DNA of 64,000 bases from Pseudomonadota bacterium (GTDB taxonomy: Bacteria > Pseudomonadota > Gammaproteobacteria > Steroidobacterales > Steroidobacteraceae). Under the pieces are notes generated by a model. That model saw only the letters and a list, made by a program, of their open reading frames with translations. It was not told the DNA's origin and ran no database searches. The stretch lies in NCBI GenBank assembly GCA_025355105.1, contig JANYAE010000128.1:9850-73849 (forward strand), given 5' to 3'. Position numbers and translations under genes: made by a program. Shown here one piece after another: positions 16,662 through 24,247 of the stretch (position 1 is its first letter; every line of letters starts with the position of its first letter).

Positions 16662-19024
16662 CGGTGAACGGCGACTGTTGGTCGCGCCTGCGCCGGCTCC
16701 CGGAGCGGGTCCGGCGGCGCCTGCGGGCCCTGCGGGACCGGGCGCGCTACCGCCTGGGCTTGCCCGAGGCCCGCCCGCCGCGATGCGAGCTGGCCGACGG
16801 CTTCGTACACGTGCTCGACCGCCGCGAACGCACGGCGCTGGTGGCACGCTATCGCCAGAGCTGCCCCGACGCGGTCGCGACCGAAATCGCGGCAGCGACG
16901 CAGTACCGTGAGCACCGCTTCGCGATGCTCGGGCACCAGATGGCGCATGGCGAGCGCATCGCGTGGGCGCGAGATCCGGTTTCCGGTCATGACTGGCCGC
17001 CGGCCTATTCGCCGGACATCCGCTATCACGGGCCCGCGCGTCTCGGCGACATCAAATTGCCGTGGGAGCTCAACAAGCACCAGTACTTCTTCACCCTCGG
17101 CAAGGCCGCGTGGCTCACCGGCGATGAATCGTTCGCCGACGAAATCATCCGCCAGATCGACGACTGGCTGGTCGCGAATCCGTACCGGCGCGGAATCCAC
17201 TGGATCAGCGCGCTCGAGATCGGGGCGCGCGTCATCTCGTGGGTGCTCGCCTATCCGTTCTATGCCGAGCGTACCGATGCGGCCTTCCGCCGGCGGCTCG
17301 TCGACGCCGTGGCGGTGCACGTGCGCTTCGTCGAGGCGCACCTGTCGACCGGCCCGTACGCCAACACCCACCTGGTCGGCGAGGCCGCGGCGATGGTGGT
17401 CGGCGGGTTGTTCGTCGACTGTCAGGCGAGCCGGCGTTGGGTCGAGCGCGGCATCGCGCTGCTCGAGCGGGAACTGCGACGCCAACTGACGCGCGACGGC
17501 GTGCACGTCGAACGTAGTGTTGGCTACCACCGGTTCTTTCTCGACCACTACTACCTGGTCGACGCCCTGCTCGCCGCCAACGGCCGCGCTTTCGGCGCGG
17601 CGACGCGCGCCGGAATGGAGCGCGCGACGAGCTATCTTCGCGATGCGATCGCCCCGAGCGGCGCACCGCTCGCATTCGGCGACGCCGACGAGGCGCGCGG
17701 CCTGTGGGTCCACCGCGACAGCAGCCGCGACTACCGAGCACTGCTGGCGCTGGCGGCGGTCACCTTTGACAGGCCGGAGTTCTTAGACCCGGCCGGCGGC
17801 AGTCCCGAGGAACTGCTCTGGCTGCTCGGCGAGCGCGGGCTGGCACGCTTCGAGCGGCTGCGGCCGCGACCTCCGCAGCACCTCTCGGCCGCCTACCCCG
17901 ACGGCGGCTACTACTTCCTGCGCAGTGGCTGGGCCGCGCATGAGGCGGTTCTGGCGGTTGACTGCGGGCCGCTCGGATTCGGCCCGGCGGGGCACGGTCA
18001 CGCCGACGCCCTCAGCATCCAACTGCACGCCGCCGGCTATCCGTTCCTGGTCGACGCCGGCACGTTCTCCTACAACCTCGACTATCGCTGGCGCAACCGG
18101 TTCCGCGGTACGCGCGCGCACAACACGCTCACCGTGGACGGCGCCGATCAGTCCGATCCGAGCGACCGGATGTCGTGGCGGACGCAGGCGGTGGCGACGG
18201 CGCGATTCTGGATCAGCGAGCCGCGCTTCGACGTGCTGGTCGGAGAGCACGACGGCTACGCGCGCTTCAACGACCCGGTGCTCCACCGGCGCGTCGTCGT
18301 GTGCTTCCGGCCACACACGTGGTGGATCTGGGATGAACTCGCATGCCGGCAGCAGCACGACTGGGAGGCACGCTGGCATCTGTTACCTGACTGCGAGGTG
18401 CGGGCGATGGCCGCCGATCGCTTCGAGCTGCGCTCGCCGGGCGGCGCGCAGCTGCACCTCTGGACCCCGGTTGCCGGCGCCGGGCGCGGTGCAGTGACGC
18501 ACGTCACCGGCGGCGAAGAGGAGACCGGTGCGTGGTACTCGCCGGAGTACGGCGTTCGAATTCCGGCGCAGGCGCTCGTGGTCCGCGGGCGCACGGTCGG
18601 GCCGCTACGCTACGGCACGATGATCACCGCGAGCGCCGCCGCGCGCCCATTCGCGGCGCTGATCGACGACGCGTACCACTGCGGTGTCGAGCGGGATGGC
18701 GGCACCGAGTCGCTGCTGTATCGCCCGCAGCTGACCGGGCGCAGCGAGTGGTCCGGACACGCTTTTGACGGCGACCTCGTGTACCTCGACCGGCCGCTGC
18801 GGGAGCCACCCGTGGTCCGTGCGTCGGCATTTCGCGAGCTGCGGGTCCCGGGGCTGCTCGAGGTCCGCGCGCCGTCGCCGCTCACCGTGCTCGAGCTCAG
18901 CGGCCGCCGCTGTACAATCCGCAGCGCCGCGGGTGACCCGCGGCCGCAGGTCGCTTTGCCAGGCGGCTATGAGCTTTGGATCAACGAACAAGCGGTGGCG
19001 CCCTCGCGCACGCTCGACGACTGA
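16658..19024 (+). CDS. Heparinase II/III-like (alginate-lyase-fold N-domain + Hepar_II_III C-domain) protein with no signal peptide
   Basis: TTG 16658 overlaps the asnB copy 2 TGA; GTG 16664 is an alternative start. Motifs are HWISALEIGARVISWVLAY, NTHLVGEAAAMVVGG and GHGHADALSIQLHAAGYPFLVDAGTFSY. The N-terminus is Arg-rich, not a signal peptide. Confidence 0.75.
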   Translation: MTVNGDCWSRLRRLPERVRRRLRALRDRARYRLGLPEARPPRCELADGFVHVLDRRERTALVARYRQSCPDAVATEIAAATQYREHRFAMLGHQMAHGERIAWARDPVSGHDWPPAYSPDIRYHGPARLGDIKLPWELNKHQYFFTLGKAAWLTGDESFADEIIRQIDDWLVANPYRRGIHWISALEIGARVISWVLAYPFYAERTDAAFRRRLVDAVAVHVRFVEAHLSTGPYANTHLVGEAAAMVVGGLFVDCQASRRWVERGIALLERELRRQLTRDGVHVERSVGYHRFFLDHYYLVDALLAANGRAFGAATRAGMERATSYLRDAIAPSGAPLAFGDADEARGLWVHRDSSRDYRALLALAAVTFDRPEFLDPAGGSPEELLWLLGERGLARFERLRPRPPQHLSAAYPDGGYYFLRSGWAAHEAVLAVDCGPLGFGPAGHGHADALSIQLHAAGYPFLVDAGTFSYNLDYRWRNRFRGTRAHNTLTVDGADQSDPSDRMSWRTQAVATARFWISEPRFDVLVGEHDGYARFNDPVLHRRVVVCFRPHTWWIWDELACRQQHDWEARWHLLPDCEVRAMAADRFELRSPGGAQLHLWTPVAGAGRGAVTHVTGGEEETGAWYSPEYGVRIPAQALVVRGRTVGPLRYGTMITASAAARPFAALIDDAYHCGVERDGGTESLLYRPQLTGRSEWSGHAFDGDLVYLDRPLREPPVVRASAFRELRVPGLLEVRAPSPLTVLELSGRRCTIRSAAGDPRPQVALPGGYELWINEQAVAPSRTLDD

Positions 19025-19038
19025 GTGCACGCTGCGAA

Positions 19039-20265
19039 ATGAAAATACTTCACGCCCTCGAAACCTCGGTACCCGAGCTGGTTGGCTACACCGTCCGCGG
19101 ACGCTACATCGTTACCCACCAGCGGCGGCAGGGGCTTGACCCCTTGGTCGTCACGTCGCCGTTCTTCAAGGGCGCCGTCGGGCCGCAGCCGGAAGTCATC
19201 GACGGCATCCGCTATTTTCGCAGCAATCACATTCCGCGCCCCGACCGCAGCAAAGGCCGACTGTCGGCCTACTGGACGCGGCTGCTGATGCTGCGTCGCT
19301 ACCGCCGCTTCCTCGCCGAGCTGGTCCGTCGCGAGCGACCGGACGTAATCCACGCGCACTCGTCCTACACCAACGGCCTGGCGGCCGCGTACGCATCGCG
19401 TGTCACCGGCGTGCCCTTTATCTACGAGCTGCGGACGCTGTGGGGCGAGGCCGCGGTCGTCGAGGAGGGCCTGCGGCCGGAATCCTTCACCTACCGAATC
19501 ATCGGCCGCATGGAGCATCGGGTGATGACGCTGGCGCAACGTCTGGTAGTCATCTCGGAGGGCATTCGGCGGGCGATCACCGCCGCGGGAATCGATCCCG
19601 CGAAGATCGACGTCGTGCCGAACGGCGTCGATACCGAGCAGTTCAACCCGTGCCCGCGCGACACCGCACTTGAGGCCGAGCTCGGCCTGGCGGGCTGCTT
19701 CGTCGTCGGCTTCATCGGCTCGCTGCGCAAACTCGAGGGGCTAGAGCTGCTGGTCGACGCGTTCGCGTCGATTCGGCGCGGCGAGCCGCGCGCGCGGCTG
19801 TTGATCGTCGGCGACGGCCCGGAGCGCGTGCGTCTCGAGTCACGGGCGCGCGAGCTCGGCCTGCAGGGCGTCGTTCGGTGTACGGGACTCGTGCCGCACA
19901 TCGACGTGATCCGCTACTACTCGATCATGGACGTGATGGTGTACCCGCGCATCGACGCCCGCATCAATCAGACGGTGACGCCACTCAAGCCTTTGGAGGC
20001 GATGGCGCTCGGCAAGGTTTGCGTCGCAAGCGACGTCGGCGGGCTGCGCGAACTGGTCACCGACGGATCGACCGGCTTGCTGTTCGCCGCCGGCGACGGC
20101 AGCGCGCTCGCCGAGCGGATCGTGACGCTGGCCGGAAATTCGGAGCTTCGTCAGCGCCTCGAGACCGAGGCGCTGAGCACGGTTCGCCGGGAGCGCGACT
20201 GGCGGGTGATCGCGGCACGCTACAAGGGGATCTACGGACGCGTGCTACCCGGTCGCGGCGTCTGA
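19039..20265 (+). CDS. GT4 (GT-B fold) glycosyltransferase, paralog of 2570-3847
   Basis: MKILHALETSVPELVGYTVRG starts at ATG 19039. The C-terminal VYPRIDARINQTVTPLKPLEAMALGKVCVASDVGGLRELV closely parallels the 2570-3847 product. Confidence 0.85.
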   Translation: MKILHALETSVPELVGYTVRGRYIVTHQRRQGLDPLVVTSPFFKGAVGPQPEVIDGIRYFRSNHIPRPDRSKGRLSAYWTRLLMLRRYRRFLAELVRRERPDVIHAHSSYTNGLAAAYASRVTGVPFIYELRTLWGEAAVVEEGLRPESFTYRIIGRMEHRVMTLAQRLVVISEGIRRAITAAGIDPAKIDVVPNGVDTEQFNPCPRDTALEAELGLAGCFVVGFIGSLRKLEGLELLVDAFASIRRGEPRARLLIVGDGPERVRLESRARELGLQGVVRCTGLVPHIDVIRYYSIMDVMVYPRIDARINQTVTPLKPLEAMALGKVCVASDVGGLRELVTDGSTGLLFAAGDGSALAERIVTLAGNSELRQRLETEALSTVRRERDWRVIAARYKGIYGRVLPGRGV

Positions 20266-20498
20266 CTACGCGCCGCGCGGGGCGCGGGCGACTCCGCTAG
20301 AATGTGCGGCGAGTCGGGCGGTCACCGTGGCGGGCGTCGCACGGTGCGCGACCTGGCCCGAGGGCACCTCCGCGGAAGCAAGGACAGGCTCCGTTGCCCC
20401 CCCTGACATGATCGTCGAGAAGCTTCCGTGGACCCGGTCTCAGATCTGCCACCGACGTTCTGTTAGCCTCTCAGTGGATATTGGACGGACAAAACCCG

Positions 20499-21113
20499 AT
20501 GTTACGGAATCTGGTACTGGTCGCGATGCTCGGCCTGCTGGCGAGCGGTGTGAGTCGCGCGCAGACGGGGCAGGCGGCAGGCGTCGCGCCGTCGCAGCCG
20601 GCCGCGGATGCGAATCAATACCAGATCGGTCCTGGCGACGTGGTGCAGGTGTTCGTCTGGCGCAATCCCGATCTCTCCGTCACGGTGCCGGTGCGCCCGG
20701 ACGGTCTGATCTCGACGCCGCTGGTCGAGAACATCGTCGCGGTCGGCCGCAGCCCGTCCGAGCTCGCGCGCGCCATCGAGGTGGTGCTGGCCGAGTTCAT
20801 CAAGTCGCCCAAGGTCAACATCATCGTCACGCAGCCGGCCGGCATCTTCACTCAGCTGAAGGTGGTCGGGCAGGTCGCGAAGCCGCAGGCCGTCCAGTAC
20901 CGGGACGGCATGACGGTTCTAGACGCGGTGCTGCAGGTCGGTGGCCTGACGCAGTTCGCGGCGGGCAATCGCGCCAGAATCATCCGCAAGGTCGGTGGCA
21001 AGGACACCGAGATCCGCGTCAAGCTCCGGGACCTGGTCGAGAAGGGCGACATGACGCAGAACCTCGCGTTGAAGCCCGGTGACGTGCTCGTCGTTCCCGA
21101 GTCACTGCTCTAG
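20499..21113 (+). CDS. Periplasmic/outer-membrane polysaccharide export protein (Wza/EpsE-like, short form)
   Basis: ATG 20499 gives the clean signal peptide MLRNLVLVAMLGLLASGVSRAQ. The Poly_export motif is YQIGPGDVVQVFVWRNPDLSVTVPVRPDGLISTPLV, followed by a SLBB-like segment. The ORF is open from 20481. Confidence 0.85.
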   Translation: MLRNLVLVAMLGLLASGVSRAQTGQAAGVAPSQPAADANQYQIGPGDVVQVFVWRNPDLSVTVPVRPDGLISTPLVENIVAVGRSPSELARAIEVVLAEFIKSPKVNIIVTQPAGIFTQLKVVGQVAKPQAVQYRDGMTVLDAVLQVGGLTQFAAGNRARIIRKVGGKDTEIRVKLRDLVEKGDMTQNLALKPGDVLVVPESLL

Positions 21114-21127
21114 CGCGCCACGATCTC

Positions 21128-22717
21128 ATGCTGCCCGCCATCGAATCGGCAGTGGATCGCGTACGCGGCGCGTGGCGCTTCCGCTGGCTCGGCCTGCTGA
21201 TCGCCACGGCGGTTTGCGTCGTGGCGTGGGGCATCGTCTTTCTGGTGCCGGACTCCTACCGCGCCTCGTCGCGCGTGTTCATCGATACCAACACGCCGCT
21301 CAGCCAGGTCACCCGCGGTATCGGCGGCGAGTCGGACGTCGAGAGCCAGATCGTCAAGGTGCGCCAGGCGCTGCTTGGCGGCCCGCAACTCGAGAAGGTG
21401 GCCGCCGACTCGGGCCTGCTGACCGGGGTCGTTGACCCGCGCAGCAGGGATCTGGTCATCGCCGACCTGCGCAAGCGCATCGAGATCACCAGCACCGCGA
21501 GCGTCGGGGCGAGCGTCTACGTGATCTCCTTCAAGGATCGCTCCCGCGACACGGCGTTGCGCGTCGTCGATCGCCTGCTCAAGACCTTCGTGCAGGGCAC
21601 GCTCACCGGCAAGCGTGAGGGCTCTGCACAGGCGCAGAACTTCCTCGTTTCGCAGATCGCCGAGCTTGAGCACCGCCTGTCGGCGAGCGAGGAACGACTG
21701 GCGGACTTCAAGAAGCGCAACGTCGGGCTGATGCCCGGTGCCCAGGGCGACTACTTCACGCGGCTGCAGGCCGAGATGGAGGCACTCGGCAAGGCCCAGT
21801 CGGCGGTCGGCCTCGCCACGCGCCGCCGTGACGAGCTGCGCCGCCAGCTGCGCGGCGAGGAGCCGGTCACGCCGCGCGGCACAAGCCTCGGATCGGCGAC
21901 GGGCGGGGCGCTGACGGGCGCCGGCACCGACACCGGGAGCCGCATCCGCGAGACGCAGGCACGGCTCGACGACCTGCTGCTGCGCTTCACCGACAAGCAC
22001 CCGGACGTCATCGCGATGCGCGCGACGCTCGAGGAGCTCAAGCTGCGCCAGCAGACGGAACTTGATGCGGTGAAGCGCGGCGATCCCGGCGCCATCGATC
22101 GCAGCGGCCTCGCGGCCAACCCCGTCTACCAGAGCCTGCAGCTGCAGTCGAACCAGGCCGAGGTTGATCTGGCCGCCGCCGAGGCCGACGTCGCCGACCG
22201 GCAGCACAAGATCGCGAGCCTGCGCAGCGTCGTCAATACCGCGCCGGAAGTGGAGGCGGAGTACGCGCGCCTCAACCGCGACTACGACGTCACCAAGGCG
22301 CAGTACCAGGCGCTGCTGGAGCGCCTCGAGCGGACCAAGCTTGGCGAGAACGCGCAGGAGACCGGAATCGTGCGTTTCGAGGTCATCGACCCGCCGAACG
22401 CACCCTACGACCCGGTGGCTCCGAATCGTCCGTTGCTGATCGCGCTGCTGTTGGCGTTCGGAATCGGCGCCGGCGGCATGGCGGCCTACCTGACCTCGGT
22501 GATGCGACCCGTGTTCAGCAACGTGCGGCAGCTCGCCGAGGTGACCCAGCTGCCGGTGCTCGGCGCGGTCAGCATGACGTGGCTCGAGGCGCACCGTGCG
22601 CGGCTGCGGATCGACGCGCTGCGCTACACCGGCGCGGTATTGGCGCTGTTCTTGGTCGCGGCCGTGATCGTCGTGCTGCAGTCGCGGATCGCGCATCTGG
22701 TGCGGGGCATCGCATGA
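21128..22717 (+). CDS. Polysaccharide chain-length determinant (Wzz/Wzc N-terminal-domain-like; EpsF-like)
   Basis: 529-aa ORF with an N-terminal TM (WLGLLIATAVCVVAWGIVFLV), a long coiled-coil periplasmic region, and C-terminal TMs (LLIALLLAFGIGAGGMAAYL; VLALFLVAAVIVVL). Confidence 0.8.
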   Translation: MLPAIESAVDRVRGAWRFRWLGLLIATAVCVVAWGIVFLVPDSYRASSRVFIDTNTPLSQVTRGIGGESDVESQIVKVRQALLGGPQLEKVAADSGLLTGVVDPRSRDLVIADLRKRIEITSTASVGASVYVISFKDRSRDTALRVVDRLLKTFVQGTLTGKREGSAQAQNFLVSQIAELEHRLSASEERLADFKKRNVGLMPGAQGDYFTRLQAEMEALGKAQSAVGLATRRRDELRRQLRGEEPVTPRGTSLGSATGGALTGAGTDTGSRIRETQARLDDLLLRFTDKHPDVIAMRATLEELKLRQQTELDAVKRGDPGAIDRSGLAANPVYQSLQLQSNQAEVDLAAAEADVADRQHKIASLRSVVNTAPEVEAEYARLNRDYDVTKAQYQALLERLERTKLGENAQETGIVRFEVIDPPNAPYDPVAPNRPLLIALLLAFGIGAGGMAAYLTSVMRPVFSNVRQLAEVTQLPVLGAVSMTWLEAHRARLRIDALRYTGAVLALFLVAAVIVVLQSRIAHLVRGIA

Positions 22718-23628
22718 GCTTCGTCGAGCAAGCGCTGAAGAAGATGCAAGCCGCGGCGCGTGGCGGCGGCGACGAAGCAGGGCCGCGCGCGATGCCGACA
22801 GGCCCGGTCGCGGCCCTCGGGCGTGCACCGGAGACGTCGATCGCCGCGGTCGGCCAGCGCCGCGCGGCCGCCGGCGGCGGCCGCATTCTCAACATCAACC
22901 GCGGCAATCTGCGCGCCGCAGGACTGATCCCGCCGGAGTCGCAGGAGCGCCAGCTGGCGCAGCAATATCGGCAGATCAAACGGCCACTGATCGCGAATGC
23001 GATCGGTCGCGGGACGCCGCGGCTCGACCGCGGCCAGCTGATCATGGTGGCGAGCGCGCTGCCCGGCGAAGGCAAGAGCTTCACCTCGCTCAATCTCGCG
23101 CTCAGCATCGCGATGGACAAGGACGTGCGGGTGCTGCTGATCGACGCCGACGTCGCCAAGCCGCGCATCAGCAGCTTGCTCAGCATCGACGGCGAGCGCG
23201 GACTGCTGGACGCGTTGCGCGAGCCCGCGGTCGAACTCGATGATCTGGTGGTGCCGACGGATATTCCGGGACTGTCGGTGCTGCCGAGCGGACGGCGCTC
23301 TGAACAGGCAACCGAACTGCTCGCCAGCGCGCGGATGGTGGAAGTGCTGCAGGGCTTGATCCAGCGCGACCCGAATCTCATCGTCGTGCTCGATTCGCCG
23401 CCGCTACTGCTGACCACCGAGTCGCAGGCGCTGGCGCAGGTGGCCGGCCAGATTCTCGTCGTGGTCCGGGCGGACGCCACGTCGCACCGTGAGGTGCTGG
23501 ATGCGCTCAGCTATCTCGCGAGCCGGCCGTGCGTCTCGCTGGTGCTCAACCAGAGCGTTTCCGCGGCAATGGCCGGCTACTACTACCACGGCTACGGCAC
23601 CCCGCCGGAGTCCAGCTCCGGCAGCTGA
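22714..23628 (+). CDS. BY-kinase-type tyrosine autokinase (EpsG-like; the cytoplasmic half of a split Wzc)
   Basis: ATG 22714 overlaps the upstream TGA (ATGA). Motifs are Walker A (ALPGEGKSFTSLNLA), Walker A' (VLLIDADVAKP) and Walker B (IVVLDSPPLL). The C-terminal Tyr cluster is MAGYYYHGYG. Confidence 0.8.
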   Translation: MSFVEQALKKMQAAARGGGDEAGPRAMPTGPVAALGRAPETSIAAVGQRRAAAGGGRILNINRGNLRAAGLIPPESQERQLAQQYRQIKRPLIANAIGRGTPRLDRGQLIMVASALPGEGKSFTSLNLALSIAMDKDVRVLLIDADVAKPRISSLLSIDGERGLLDALREPAVELDDLVVPTDIPGLSVLPSGRRSEQATELLASARMVEVLQGLIQRDPNLIVVLDSPPLLLTTESQALAQVAGQILVVVRADATSHREVLDALSYLASRPCVSLVLNQSVSAAMAGYYYHGYGTPPESSSGS

Positions 23629-24150
23629 TCGCAACGCTGCGCCCCAGGGCGCCGTGCCCGCCGCTACGTCGGAAAATTTTACAGATTGTGGCGCTCGCGG
23701 CACGTTCAGGGCCGCGGCGTGTGGCACCGGGATGACGGTCGCAGCGCCCGTCCGGCGCTCACGCCGCGGCCTCTCGCGAGTGCCGGGCGGAATCGCGCGC
23801 CGGGCGAGGGCGGCGACGTGTCCGGCTGGGCCAGCGACGACCGCTGCCGCTCCGTCACGCCAGGTGCCGGCCGACAGCGCCTGAGGTCCGCGAAGGTGAC
23901 GGGACCTGACCCAGGTCACGGGGCTCCGGCGCCCGGCCGAACGCCTCCAACTTCCCGGACCGGCGACCGCCCCAAGGGGTCCGGTGTCGAGGATTCTTAC
24001 AGTCGCACATTGCGATGCACCATGGCTCTAGCGGGGCTGCCCGGCGATCTCGGCAGAAGCTCGTCGCCCGCGCCTGCAGCGCCCCAATACCGTCGGCTGC
24101 GTCACACAATTCCGGCCGATTGAGGGGCCCGCTGCCCGCCTCAGGGAGGG

Positions 24151-24166
24151 CGGCCTGATCCTTGCA
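24151..24166 (+). promoter_or_regulatory. Candidate sigma-54 (-24/-12) promoter upstream of the giant secreted-protein gene
   Basis: cGGCct-gatcc-TTGCA has GG and GC with the canonical GG-N10-GC spacing and a perfect TTGCA -12 element. It lies about 80 nt upstream of ATG 24248. GG-N10-GC can arise by chance in GC-rich DNA. Confidence 0.3.
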
Positions 24167-24247
24167 TAGTGAGGGTGCCGAGGCGGGTTTCCGCAGAACG
24201 CGGAGTTGCCTTGGCATTGATCCTGATCCCCGTCGAGGAGCGTGCGC

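Noticed and set aside
17826-17840. TGGCAC-N7-GC sigma-54-like match (TGGCACGCTTCGAGC)
   Set aside because: It lies deep inside the heparinase-like coding sequence, has a poor -12 element (GAGC), and no gene starts downstream. It is the kind of chance hit expected in GC-rich DNA.
20270-20295. GC hairpin after the last GT4 gene as an intrinsic terminator separating biosynthesis and export operons
   Set aside because: Only a 5-bp stem (GCGCC/GGCGC) can be drawn, with no U-tract. That is too weak to annotate, and read-through into the export genes is equally plausible.
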